IMG/VR virus record: IMGVR_UViG_3300037308_000488
Location: 1-46,405 of that record
Length of the DNA: 46,405 nucleotides
From: a virus
Lineage: Duplodnaviria > Caudoviricetes
Reading direction: 5' to 3' (one strand)
This document shows positions 9,749 through 19,149 of this stretch, one piece after another. The position numbers were made by a program, and so were the translations under genes. The notes under the pieces are model-generated. The model was given only the letters and a program-made list of their open reading frames with translations. It searched no databases and had not been told where the DNA came from. Within the stretch, counting starts at the first letter, position 1; the number at the start of each line of letters is the position of its first letter.

Positions 9749-10240
9749 CTATGCCGCAAACTTTGACTGTCGAGCATATACATCTAAAATCTTTTGATAC
9801 TCTACCGCTAATTTTTTATCCCAGCGCTTCTGAACATACCTTGTCCAGTGCCGGGCACGAATTCCTCTCACCACATGCCCCTTGGAGAAAAACGGCCCCG
9901 CTCCGCTCTTTTTGTCAATCCAGCGCAAAGCCTTTCGATATCTCGGCCTTACCCAGTGCCGCTTTGTGCCTTGGTCAACAAACGCATAGAGTTCATCATC
10001 TACCTGTACAACAACCTGCCCGCTTCGGCTAATGAAAAAATTGACCTCAACATTGACCTTAACCTCATGCCGCCACCGGTCGCGCTTAGGATAGGAGAGC
10101 AAATCGTTTTTGATATCCTCGCCTACGTCTCCCATAAACTCACGCAAGGCCGCCTGCAGGTATTTGTCCTCAGCAAACACGGGAGGCAGAATCGGAGTAG
10201 CCGACCAAACGCTGCGGGTTGTCCTACGCACTACGGGCAT
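9749..10240 (-). CDS. Neck / tail-completion protein (HK97 gp10-like)
   Basis: Basic protein with YAFVDQGTKRHWVRPR...KALRW...VRGIRARHW motif. Confidence 0.75.
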   Translation of the reverse strand: MPVVRRTTRSVWSATPILPPVFAEDKYLQAALREFMGDVGEDIKNDLLSYPKRDRWRHEVKVNVEVNFFISRSGQVVVQVDDELYAFVDQGTKRHWVRPRYRKALRWIDKKSGAGPFFSKGHVVRGIRARHWTRYVQKRWDKKLAVEYQKILDVYARQSKFAA

Positions 10241-10446
10241 AGCTGGTACTCCTCGCTCAACAGATACACAGCATCACGAGCGTCCACAAACATGATAGAG
10301 CGAATCGAGAACGGATAACGATACCCCGTTACAAATCCAACCGCATCCTCTCTCTCAACACCTCGTATTTTCACGAGCCCTTTTTCCCCAAACTGCATTT
10401 TATTCTCTGCGACATCCAGCCGCCGATTATCACCACGTCAACCCAT
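10231..10446 (-). CDS. Unannotated 71-aa virion-operon protein with in-frame TGA at codon 3 (candidate selenoprotein)
   Basis: ATG GGT TGA CGT GGT ... TAG fills the gap exactly. Translation MG*RGDNRRLDVAENKMQFGEKGLVKIRGVEREDAVGFVTGYRYPFSIRSIMFVDARDAVYLLSEEYQLCP. An alternative start at MQFG gives 55 aa. Confidence 0.7.
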
Positions 10447-10450
10447 CTCA

Positions 10451-11107
10451 CTAACTCGTCCTGCGAGTATAGTTGTCTATGATCGTTGCTTCGCCCCATG
10501 CCGTATGAGCAATCTCAGCATACCCAAACGATGGGTAGCTCTTGCCTGTGTCACCCTCGCAGAGGGCAATCTCACCAGTGCGGATCAACTCTAGCTGAGT
10601 ATTAGCCCATTCGATAAACGCGGTCTGTTGCTCCTCCGTAATCTTTGGGTTCGCACATGGGCAGTTGTAGAACATAGCTGTTTCGATAATATTGATCTTG
10701 GCTAGGTAATCGCTTGCCCACGGCTGCAAAGTGCAATCGCAAGCCGCTTGAGCGGCAACCGCCGATGATACATCAGCGGCTGTAATGTCGAGAAAATTTT
10801 CGATAGACGCAATCTGCTGCGCGTCAATCGTCACAATCCGATAACGTTGCCCATCAGTCCAGAGCACACCTGTTGCAGTCAACGTATTAGCCGTAACAGC
10901 AGTGACCTCTCCAGATAGCCCAGTGGTCAGGTTATATAGCACCATCCCTACATTAGCCCGTACTCCAAGGTTGATAAAATTAACCTGGCTGTCTGTAAGA
11001 TTGGCAACTCCAACCCCTCCACCATTATCAACACGAGAAAGCAAGCTGCCCACACACCAAAACGAGGCAAACTGCCATGCCTCTGCCCATCGACCGCTAC
11101 AAGGCAT
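10451..11107 (-). CDS. Head-tail adaptor/connector-like protein, Cys-rich
   Basis: Position downstream of the capsid block; IENFLDITAADVSSAV and WANTQLELIRTGEIAL segments resemble adaptor helices; RBS GGAGG. Confidence 0.55.
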   Translation of the reverse strand: MPCSGRWAEAWQFASFWCVGSLLSRVDNGGGVGVANLTDSQVNFINLGVRANVGMVLYNLTTGLSGEVTAVTANTLTATGVLWTDGQRYRIVTIDAQQIASIENFLDITAADVSSAVAAQAACDCTLQPWASDYLAKINIIETAMFYNCPCANPKITEEQQTAFIEWANTQLELIRTGEIALCEGDTGKSYPSFGYAEIAHTAWGEATIIDNYTRRTS

Positions 11108-11118
11108 ACTCTAACCTC

Positions 11119-12483
11119 CTAGGCCGCAGTAACCATTGCACCATCTTCGAGAGGCAGATAATGCAGCGTCCACTTCACGCGCCCACCTCCTCCATCACTA
11201 GCTGCGCAATCTAACTCGATCGCTCCTACAGGAATGACAGTTGGGGTGGCTTGATACACTACCGTGCCGCTAGCGCTCTTGACCATCGCGCTCGCAAAAG
11301 TGCCTGTAATCCCGTAGATTGTACCGACTGCATCGCCGTTGATATCTGTGTCAGTACACAAGTCAACATCTGCGCCTACGGTTGGGTTAGACACAAGTTG
11401 TGTGCCATTTGCGACTGCTCCAATCTGCACCGTGACCTCGCCGTAGATATCAATCAGCTTAATTCGCCCGCCCGTAACGTTGAACAAAGCGGCTTGCGCC
11501 GTTTGTGGCAGAGCAGCTGCCGCTCGGACTACCTCTATCCCCGCCTCTGTATACACTGGCTTAGCAACAGGTATAGCCACTGCAGATTGGTCAATTGCAT
11601 CAACAGCCAGGTTGCCAGCGCAAAACAGGCTGCCTGGATCAAAAATCGTAGCAATCGAGTCTCCGTAAAAACGGTTGTCGATTGCCATACCAGTAACGGC
11701 GGCGGTCAACTCTACTGCCCAATCGCCAGCGTTGAGATTGGCAATCGCGTTGTCTTTTAGGAGCAAGTTTGTTAGCACCGATCCAGAGTGTATCCCGGCC
11801 ACAGCAAAATCGCCGTGAATCCAGTTTCCCACAATCTCAATCCCGTCCTCAACCGCCCCGATCTCTATAGCGTGATTCGCCCCTGCCGCCAGCGAAACGA
11901 ACTTGCACCCGTAGATTTTAGCCCGGTCAGCAGCGTTTGCCCCGCCGCCATTGATATCAACCGCGGTCAGCCATTGCATTGCTGTGCCCTCGCGAAACTC
12001 ACAGTTGATCAGCGAGAAATCATCCGCGTTGACATCTACCATGATAGCAACACTGTCTATCCCAACAACAAAAATCAGGTTCTCGAGCGTGATATTTGCC
12101 GATGAGATAATCAGCGAAGCTGGAGCTGCCGTGAAAGTGAACGTTGGACGACTTGCTCCTCTGCCTAGGCCAACCACATTGATACCAGCAACGTTGAGAG
12201 TCAAATCGGCATCTGTTATATTTTCGGCATGCCCTTCTGCCAACACGATGGTATCTCCGCGCCCAGCAGTGCATTTCGCAACCGCCGAAGCAAGAGTGAG
12301 CAGTGGGTAGCGCGGATCTGTCCCATCGTTACTGGCACTTCCCGTTGCACTCCCACTGTCAACATACAAAACAATTGCATCTGGGTGGGTACGGATACCC
12401 AGAGCAGAATCACTGCCCTGGATACCCCACTGCCCCGGATACAACTCTGGAACTTTGGTAATCGGATAGCCTGATAAAGGCAT
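11119..12483 (-). CDS. Virion protein with a right-handed parallel beta-helix (pectin-lyase-like fold)
   Basis: LYVDS...NDGTDPRYPLLTL...GDTIVL cap followed by Asn/Cys-ladder repeats; start moved to MPLSG behind GAGGAGG. Confidence 0.72.
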   Translation of the reverse strand: MPLSGYPITKVPELYPGQWGIQGSDSALGIRTHPDAIVLYVDSGSATGSASNDGTDPRYPLLTLASAVAKCTAGRGDTIVLAEGHAENITDADLTLNVAGINVVGLGRGASRPTFTFTAAPASLIISSANITLENLIFVVGIDSVAIMVDVNADDFSLINCEFREGTAMQWLTAVDINGGGANAADRAKIYGCKFVSLAAGANHAIEIGAVEDGIEIVGNWIHGDFAVAGIHSGSVLTNLLLKDNAIANLNAGDWAVELTAAVTGMAIDNRFYGDSIATIFDPGSLFCAGNLAVDAIDQSAVAIPVAKPVYTEAGIEVVRAAAALPQTAQAALFNVTGGRIKLIDIYGEVTVQIGAVANGTQLVSNPTVGADVDLCTDTDINGDAVGTIYGITGTFASAMVKSASGTVVYQATPTVIPVGAIELDCAASDGGGGRVKWTLHYLPLEDGAMVTAA

Positions 12484-12485
12484 GT

Positions 12486-12755
12486 TTAACCTCCTCGTCT
12501 GCTCCGCGTCCACGCCGGAGTAGCAGAAACAGCGACCGGGGTTTGCTCGTATGCCGCCAAAAATGCCACTGCTCGCTCATACACTTCATATGGCCATGCA
12601 GCGGGATTGGCCTTTCTCTCCTCAATTATGGCTTTTGCCTTCTCTACGGACAGGTCTGGATAACCCGCCTGCAAAAAGACTTCCATCTCAGCCGTTTTCG
12701 GTTTGATCGTTTTCAAACCCCGGGTTGCGTTAGTTATATTATCTTTTTTAGCCAC
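12486..12755 (-). CDS. Hypothetical protein
   Basis: GTG start with RBS GAGGAG; directly after the capsid gene. Confidence 0.65.
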   Translation of the reverse strand: MAKKDNITNATRGLKTIKPKTAEMEVFLQAGYPDLSVEKAKAIIEERKANPAAWPYEVYERAVAFLAAYEQTPVAVSATPAWTRSRRGG

Positions 12756-12784
12756 GTTCGCTCTCCTCTATCTCTAACATAGTT

Positions 12785-13873
12785 TTACGGGGTAGTCCCG
12801 CTTGAGTAGTAAAGACCTCGAAAATCCGTGACGCCAACGTAACTGGCATCATCCCAACCACCGATGATATCCTCTACAGCATACTCGATATCGCCCGTAG
12901 CAAAACTTCCCATTGTGAACGCTGCAGGAGCAATACCAGAAATCACCCGCACGTCAGGAACTTTCATGTACGTCCATGGTCCCGGCACTCCAGCCAACCG
13001 CGCCACGGTCACCGCCGGAATCTCGCTTGGGTCTGCAAACAGATACCACGGAACGTTTGCACCAGCGGTGGCGATATAAGGATCAACATGCACCCCGGCG
13101 ATGTAGCGCGCTAAGGCATTTTTATCGTTAGTCGCCACACCCGCCATGAGCATCGATTCCAGGATGGTTTGTGCCTGGATGAGCAGAATTGGCGGAATCA
13201 CTAGATGGATTTTGCTGATCTGGATACGGTTGCCTCCAGCATCAGTACGCTGCATCATAGCATTGACACCAATCGCCAGATTTGCAGCCGTCAAGCGCCC
13301 CGTTCCTGCCCAAGGCGCACCCAAAGCCGCTAGGGTCGCCTGGGTCGTTGCATTGTCATACAGCGCGGACACGAATCCATCCTCAAAGCGGGCTGCCGCT
13401 CGAGCCATACGCGCTGGCGTTTCTCGCAGCTTGCCTAGATCATCGTTTTGTAGCGTCTGCCACGAGATATCAAACTGGCGAGCATACTCCTCTACCCCAT
13501 AATTAATCTCAGATTCCGCTACATAGGTTGCTTTGGCTTCGGCCTTCTCACGGCGTAGATACAACGTGCCTGGTTCAGTCATACGGAAGCGAGCCACATC
13601 CCGAAAGTCAGGGGCAGTATCAGCATAGGTGTAGAGACGCCATGAGCCAACTTGATACTGATAATCCGAGTAAAACAAGCGAGATAACGCATCTGCAAAG
13701 TACGCTGTAAAGTGCGCAGTAGTCATCGCCTCTTTGAACTGTTCCGGGCTTGCACTACGCCACATCGAGCGTAACGCAACAATCCGACCGTCAACCTCGG
13801 CTAAAGACAAAGCCGCCTTAGCCTTCTCGGTTTCTAAAATGTATTCACTGAGCCACTCAGTTATGCGTTCCAT
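12785..13873 (-). CDS. Major capsid protein (Mu gpT-like HK97 fold)
   Basis: 362 aa; YARQFDISWQTLQNDDLG, LVIPP, PWYLFADP and DFRGLYYSSG motifs. Confidence 0.9.
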   Translation of the reverse strand: MERITEWLSEYILETEKAKAALSLAEVDGRIVALRSMWRSASPEQFKEAMTTAHFTAYFADALSRLFYSDYQYQVGSWRLYTYADTAPDFRDVARFRMTEPGTLYLRREKAEAKATYVAESEINYGVEEYARQFDISWQTLQNDDLGKLRETPARMARAAARFEDGFVSALYDNATTQATLAALGAPWAGTGRLTAANLAIGVNAMMQRTDAGGNRIQISKIHLVIPPILLIQAQTILESMLMAGVATNDKNALARYIAGVHVDPYIATAGANVPWYLFADPSEIPAVTVARLAGVPGPWTYMKVPDVRVISGIAPAAFTMGSFATGDIEYAVEDIIGGWDDASYVGVTDFRGLYYSSGTTP

Positions 13874-13884
13874 GTCATCGCTCC

Positions 13885-14376
13885 TTAGTTTCCCGCACCA
13901 ACCTGCATAATGGCGCAGCGTTGTGAACTTGCAACACCATCCGCGCCTTTCGGGAAAGTATCCGTTTCGTTGAGAGGCACAACAAACCCAAACAACGGAT
14001 TAGCCGCGCCGGTATTGTCTAGCGGCGATTTGGATAGATAAATCCCCGCTGGCATAGTTGCCGAGCCGTCATAGTACACAGGATCGCCAATGTTTAAATC
14101 GCCCCAGGTTGCCTCTACCCCCGCTCCATACGTCAGCACGTTACGCACGTACTGATAGTAGACCATCGAGCAAGTAAAATCGATTAAAGCGATACTCCTT
14201 GCCGCATCTACGATTAAAATTGTCCCAGTAAGCTGCACGCCTGCAGTCTCACTCAGAACAGCAGCCGGGTTAGTCGGAGTAGGAGTCGCATCCTCTAAGC
14301 GAGCATACGGGATCTCCCAGTGCCGGACAGCTCCCTCGCTGCTTACCTCATAGTCGTGCTGAATTGATTCTGGCAT
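13885..14376 (-). CDS. Head decoration/cement protein (DUF2190-like position)
   Basis: Between scaffold and capsid; IGDPVYYD...NPLFG motif. Confidence 0.65.
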   Translation of the reverse strand: MPESIQHDYEVSSEGAVRHWEIPYARLEDATPTPTNPAAVLSETAGVQLTGTILIVDAARSIALIDFTCSMVYYQYVRNVLTYGAGVEATWGDLNIGDPVYYDGSATMPAGIYLSKSPLDNTGAANPLFGFVVPLNETDTFPKGADGVASSQRCAIMQVGAGN

Positions 14377-14378
14377 CG

Positions 14379-16112
14379 TTAGCCTCCAAATCTAGGTGAA
14401 CTAAAATACTTTTGATTAACACGGTTTGCCGCTTCGGCTACCGCTTCCGCTTTTTCGCGTTCGCTCTTTGGCGCACCTGCGGACTCGCCCATCCCGAACG
14501 GCTTTCCTGCACCTGTCACCTCGGACAAGTACCGGATTTCAGCCTGGATCGCAGATTGTAGCTCCTCGATACTCGCGTATCGGTTTTGAGACAAGCGCAA
14601 TCTCCCAGCCTGCACCAGGGATGATTTTTGCAACTCGGCATCAACCGTTTCTTGAGTTAGATATACAGGTTCAGGCGGTAGTGCCTGTGCCTGCTCAGTT
14701 GATGCACTCGGTATAGGTTCCGAGATATCGTCCTGCTCCGTAATAGAGACAGGCTGAACGGGCTGCTCAACTTCTTCACTCGCAACCGGCTCAGTGTTTT
14801 GCTCAGCCATGGAATCACCTCCTTCTGAGTTTTCGACTAAATTCAGGGCTTGCCCCCCTGCACCAGCCCGCGTTACCCAATCCACAGAATGAACTTCAAC
14901 AAGCTCGGTCACCTTTTTCCCTTTGCGCCCATCCTGCTCAAAACCTATCGCCGCTTTGCCTGTAGCATAGATAGAACACTCCATTTTTTGCAACAACCCT
15001 GCAGCGTTGAGATTGCGAATCCGCTCCGCAAAACCTGGATCATGCACTTTCACTGTCGCAATCGGAGAACCCGACTCATCAAACCTTGATATATCAGTAA
15101 TTGTACTTACCCAGGTGCGCGTTGATTTCTCATCATCACGATGATCCGTTTCGTACATTTTTGCTCCGGCAAATTTTAGCGCATCTCGCAATAGCATTTC
15201 TTTCGGATAGTAGTGGTTGTCAATTTTATTGCCCCAGCCTGGCTGGATAACCCGTATCTCCATGGTCAGCACCGAGTTGTCACCGTCACCCTCCGTGATG
15301 ACGATATTACCCTCTGCACACTCAGTAAACTGCTCGGTTTCTTCTGCTATTTCCGCCCCTGATACTGCAGGGGTTTCTTCCTCTGGTGAAGATTGCCCTA
15401 ACAGAGCAGCTAATCGGCTAGTATACTCTCCCATAAGGCTCTGCAATTGAGAGACCTTATCAGCCTCATACCAGTACACGACATTACGAACCATCTGGAT
15501 AAAGGCGTTAGTAAGCTCCTGAATCGCTTCGTACGTTTCTTCGGTCTGTTGTAGCGCGTCAAGCTGATCAAAAGATACCACTCCGGTAGGCACGTATTGT
15601 GCATACCACGAAGAATCTTCGTACTCTGCAACCTGTTCAGCCTCAGCGTTTTCCGCCGGAGTCGGCATATCTTCAGCCTTATACAAAGCCTTTAGCTTTT
15701 TAATCGCCTCTTGCTTGCCCACCCCCTCGTACCTATTTCCTCGATACCCTTTGTGCAGCGCCGCCCACGCTGCTCCCATAAGCCGATGATCTAGCTTCCC
15801 TTCTGGCGTATAAACAGGCAAGTGCCACGTACTGGTATCGTCCGGGTCTTCGACAACCAAAAAACTGCTGGCTGGATAGGATTTTCCACTCATCGTTTTA
15901 GTTTTCGCTTCTTTCATCATCTCTCGTCCCTTCCGCTTCGCTAACGTCGCGTTAGCCTGTTTAATCGCCGCCGTTTCACACTCTTCGGTAATCCCGCCCT
16001 TGGTCAAGTAAGATTTTAACGCGCTGTTTGCCACTGCAACCCATAACCGCTTTTCTCTACGGGTTGTAGCGCTCGTATTATATCTCGAGACATCAGACGT
16101 TGTCCAAGGCAT
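14379..16112 (-). CDS. Prohead protease-scaffold fusion with extra N-terminal domains
   Basis: IIQPGWGN-like VIQPGWGN...YYPKE...DH...SIYA...SVDWVTRAGAGG protease core; acidic scaffold C-terminus; N-terminal ChaB-like MPW...WVAVANSAL segment. Confidence 0.8.
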   Translation of the reverse strand: MPWTTSDVSRYNTSATTRREKRLWVAVANSALKSYLTKGGITEECETAAIKQANATLAKRKGREMMKEAKTKTMSGKSYPASSFLVVEDPDDTSTWHLPVYTPEGKLDHRLMGAAWAALHKGYRGNRYEGVGKQEAIKKLKALYKAEDMPTPAENAEAEQVAEYEDSSWYAQYVPTGVVSFDQLDALQQTEETYEAIQELTNAFIQMVRNVVYWYEADKVSQLQSLMGEYTSRLAALLGQSSPEEETPAVSGAEIAEETEQFTECAEGNIVITEGDGDNSVLTMEIRVIQPGWGNKIDNHYYPKEMLLRDALKFAGAKMYETDHRDDEKSTRTWVSTITDISRFDESGSPIATVKVHDPGFAERIRNLNAAGLLQKMECSIYATGKAAIGFEQDGRKGKKVTELVEVHSVDWVTRAGAGGQALNLVENSEGGDSMAEQNTEPVASEEVEQPVQPVSITEQDDISEPIPSASTEQAQALPPEPVYLTQETVDAELQKSSLVQAGRLRLSQNRYASIEELQSAIQAEIRYLSEVTGAGKPFGMGESAGAPKSEREKAEAVAEAANRVNQKYFSSPRFGG

Positions 16113-16119
16113 AAAAAAT

Positions 16120-16263
16120 CTATCTTTTACCCTTGATTTTTAGCTCTGTCGCTTTGACCTCCGGAGAACGAGGGTCTATCCCGTTCTCACGCGCCCATAA
16201 GCGCAGTGCACGAATAGATTGAAACTCAGGCACAACGATTTTTTTGCTTTTCTTTACCATCAT
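16120..16263 (-). CDS. Small basic protein (47 aa, below the ORF-track cutoff)
   Basis: RBS GGGAGG, then MMVKKSKKIVVPEFQSIRALRLWARENGIDPRSPEVKATELKIKGKR*; fills the gap. Confidence 0.6.
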   Translation of the reverse strand: MMVKKSKKIVVPEFQSIRALRLWARENGIDPRSPEVKATELKIKGKR

Positions 16264-16264
16264 T

Positions 16265-17686
16265 TTACCGCCTCCCGATTTTAACGCAGGTCGTAGTATA
16301 CGCTACTACAGCCGGCCCAGTATGTCTTCCGTTTAGTTTGTTTTTGATTTTTGCTTGGCTTGACAATCCCAGCGCCACTAGTGTAACGCTAAGAGCTCCT
16401 TCTAAACCCAATGCCGTTTCACTTTCAGTTTGCATATCATCTAGAGCAGATTCCAGCACTCCTGCGATCGGCGACCATAAATTTCCGTCAGATGACAACT
16501 CTATATCCGCAAAAGAGACCGTCAGATCCGCCGTGATAGCAGACTGCAGAGCGCCTGAACTGGTTATCCCTAGCCCCTCTAGCTCATAGTCTGTTATAGC
16601 TCCAATCCGCAATTCCGATATCGAAGATAACTGATTATCAGCCAACACCCCTGCTAATGCACTGCTAATCAGCACACCAGACTGGGATTCTGCTACTAAC
16701 CCGGAGAGATCAACTTCTGCCGATCCGCCAATGGCCAGCCCCGCCGATGATCCAATTGTCACCGCAGAGAGAGCAGTCTCTACTCCTGCTTTTATATCGA
16801 GTTGAGATGATCCAGTTAGCCCCAGAGAATCTAGCTCAACGGATAAGCTGCCGCTAATCGAAGGTTCTGAAAGAACACCGCTGGCTGCCAGTATACTATC
16901 ATCTAACTGCCCTGCCATCTGTGACTGTATCTCGAGATCAGCACCACCTGATAGTTCTAACATGGACAGAACTCCATCTAGAGACGATATCAGCGCCAGA
17001 GATGCAGAACCAGATAGCTCCAGTCCAGCTAAAGCGGAAGTCAAATTGCCTGTAATCGCGGGCAGTTGAAAATCAATCGTCTGCGAGAACTCTACCCAGC
17101 CATTATAGTCACTGGTAACACCATCACTGTAAGTCAGGTCACTTGCTGCCGCATCCCCAAGTCGTAAACTAACCGTGCGGCTGGTGGTGGTCGCACTGCG
17201 AAAACCCATCTCGACAACCAGGTAGTCCCCGGCGCTTGCACTCTGAGAAGTAATTGTGAGCGGTTCTGTCTCCGCACTTGTCCAGGCTCGGCGCGAGGAA
17301 AGCGTTGTTGTCATCTCATAGGGCGAGGTTGCGCTGTCCGCAGATGTCACGCCGAGTAAGGTTGCTCGGTCACTCCCTGTGGATTGGATGATCTTGATGG
17401 CAATCGCCAGGTGCGCGTTTGCCCCAGTCGCACTCTCCTGGCAGCGAATTACCGCTCTCACCGTTCCGCTGATTGTCTGCGCCTGCAGAGGCCCTATCAC
17501 CCAGCGAGCCATCGCCCGCTGGGTAGGGCTGGTCGTGCCGGTCGCCTCGGCCTTGGTCGTCATCGTGGTGCTGGCCTTGGTTGTTGACGACTTGTAAGTT
17601 ACTGGATTAATCTGGTTAGGAAAAATCCAGGTAGAGGGTGTTACCGGCGCTGCCCCGCTGGAGGGCAAGTAGATCAGCGTTGCCAT
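16265..17686 (-). CDS. Virion fibre-like protein: Thr/Ser-rich N-domain plus ~21-aa Ser/Leu/Gly repeats
   Basis: C-terminal periodic repeats of the type ITGNLTSALAGLELSGSASLA. Confidence 0.6.
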   Translation of the reverse strand: MATLIYLPSSGAAPVTPSTWIFPNQINPVTYKSSTTKASTTMTTKAEATGTTSPTQRAMARWVIGPLQAQTISGTVRAVIRCQESATGANAHLAIAIKIIQSTGSDRATLLGVTSADSATSPYEMTTTLSSRRAWTSAETEPLTITSQSASAGDYLVVEMGFRSATTTSRTVSLRLGDAAASDLTYSDGVTSDYNGWVEFSQTIDFQLPAITGNLTSALAGLELSGSASLALISSLDGVLSMLELSGGADLEIQSQMAGQLDDSILAASGVLSEPSISGSLSVELDSLGLTGSSQLDIKAGVETALSAVTIGSSAGLAIGGSAEVDLSGLVAESQSGVLISSALAGVLADNQLSSISELRIGAITDYELEGLGITSSGALQSAITADLTVSFADIELSSDGNLWSPIAGVLESALDDMQTESETALGLEGALSVTLVALGLSSQAKIKNKLNGRHTGPAVVAYTTTCVKIGRR

Positions 17687-17692
17687 ATGAGC

Positions 17693-18088
17693 TTACGCGT
17701 TTCCATCCGTCAAAGTGAATGTGTTAATTGTAAACTGCTGGCCAGCATTGAAGTTAACGTTGTCCACGATCATATCCGCAGAGGCTAGCCCAACCGTGCC
17801 TTGCATATGACAAGTCGCCCCTTGTTTAATGCGAAAATGCCCAGCCGTTCCCGTGTTGTCCGCAGAAGAGTCTTGCCAAACTCCGGCCTTAGTTTTTTGC
17901 CCTGACCCTGCCGCATTCATCCAGTCGGAGGGGAGCGCCAGGGTAGCAAGAACCGTGCCTGAATCTGCCGCCGCACAACTGGCTGGCGGCGAACCTGATC
18001 TGATTTCTAGAGTCGGCGATGCCCCGATGGTTGCCTCAATCGCATCTAGCCTAGCATCCCGAACCGTTACTGAAAGTTGAATTGCCAT
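17693..18088 (-). CDS. Small virion structural protein
   Basis: RDARLDAI...LEIRSG...GTVLATL...ADNTGTAGHFRI pattern common in phage structural blocks; RBS AGGAG. Confidence 0.7.
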   Translation of the reverse strand: MAIQLSVTVRDARLDAIEATIGASPTLEIRSGSPPASCAAADSGTVLATLALPSDWMNAAGSGQKTKAGVWQDSSADNTGTAGHFRIKQGATCHMQGTVGLASADMIVDNVNFNAGQQFTINTFTLTDGNA

Positions 18089-18106
18089 ATCTCACTACTC
18101 CTGCGG

Positions 18107-19057
18107 CTAGGTTGGATTTGTGGTAGCCGCACCGTTCATACATAGGTTTCCAACCCATGCATCTGTAGCAGCAGCCGTGTTAAGATCATCATAGTCGCCG
18201 TTAGCAGGCACAGGCAACAAACACGAGAAAAAGTTTGCCATAACCAAGTTGTGCAACCCTCCTGTAGTATCAATCCCCTCATTTGTAGCTGCCGCTCCAG
18301 ACTGAGCGCGTGAATTAAAAATCTTGTTGCCCTCAACTAAGCAATCATCAGCCCCTCGCAAACCCATCGCGGCATCACAGTTTAGAAACAGGTTATTAAT
18401 AATCTGGCAGTACCGAATGCCTTGACCAGCCGGGTCAACATATATACCATAGTTGCCACTCTCTTGGAACATACAATCCAGGATTTTAACGTAGTATGCA
18501 TACTCTAGTTGGATTCCGTAGTCACAATCTTCAGTAAATGTGCAACTTTGTATCACCGTATTCTCGCCGTACTTTGTTGGTGCTCCCCAGTCGCAGAAGA
18601 TACCGCGTTGCCCAGAACCAAACGCTCCACCCCAAAAACAAAAATTGACAACATGAGTATCCATCGCCAAAATCGTTAGACACGTGCCCCCATCTGAGGC
18701 AGGTTGCCAGTATACACCCATGCTCCCCGCTCCAACTCCTATCAATGACAACCCAGGCTTATCTGCCGGAATCGTCACAGACTCGATAATCCCGGCTTGT
18801 GTTCCCGCGCCATACTGCCATGCATCACTACCCATAACATAAATCACGTCGCCCATATAGGCACGAGCCAGAACAACTGCTCTAGCAATCGTACTCAGCG
18901 GGTGTTCTGGGTCTTCGCCAGAATTGGCATCCGTAGCCTCAGGATGATCTGGCTGCACGTAGAAATTACGGCTATCACTATAAACCGCCCTGGATTGGCG
19001 CTTTACTCCGTCAAAGCCCCACGGCTGTTGTATTTCAGGCAAAATCCCTTGCTGCAT
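18107..19057 (-). CDS. Right-handed beta-helix protein, likely paralogue of 11119..12483
   Basis: FYVQPDH...NSGEDPEHPLSTIARAV...GDVIYV cap; PbH1-type repeats. Confidence 0.72.
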   Translation of the reverse strand: MQQGILPEIQQPWGFDGVKRQSRAVYSDSRNFYVQPDHPEATDANSGEDPEHPLSTIARAVVLARAYMGDVIYVMGSDAWQYGAGTQAGIIESVTIPADKPGLSLIGVGAGSMGVYWQPASDGGTCLTILAMDTHVVNFCFWGGAFGSGQRGIFCDWGAPTKYGENTVIQSCTFTEDCDYGIQLEYAYYVKILDCMFQESGNYGIYVDPAGQGIRYCQIINNLFLNCDAAMGLRGADDCLVEGNKIFNSRAQSGAAATNEGIDTTGGLHNLVMANFFSCLLPVPANGDYDDLNTAAATDAWVGNLCMNGAATTNPT

Positions 19058-19149
19058 GTCATCTCACTCCTAGCTTGCGTTTAGCGCAATAGATCAAATC
19101 GTACAGTTTATGTATTACTAAGTTAAGAAACCAAACAATCCCTGTCACA

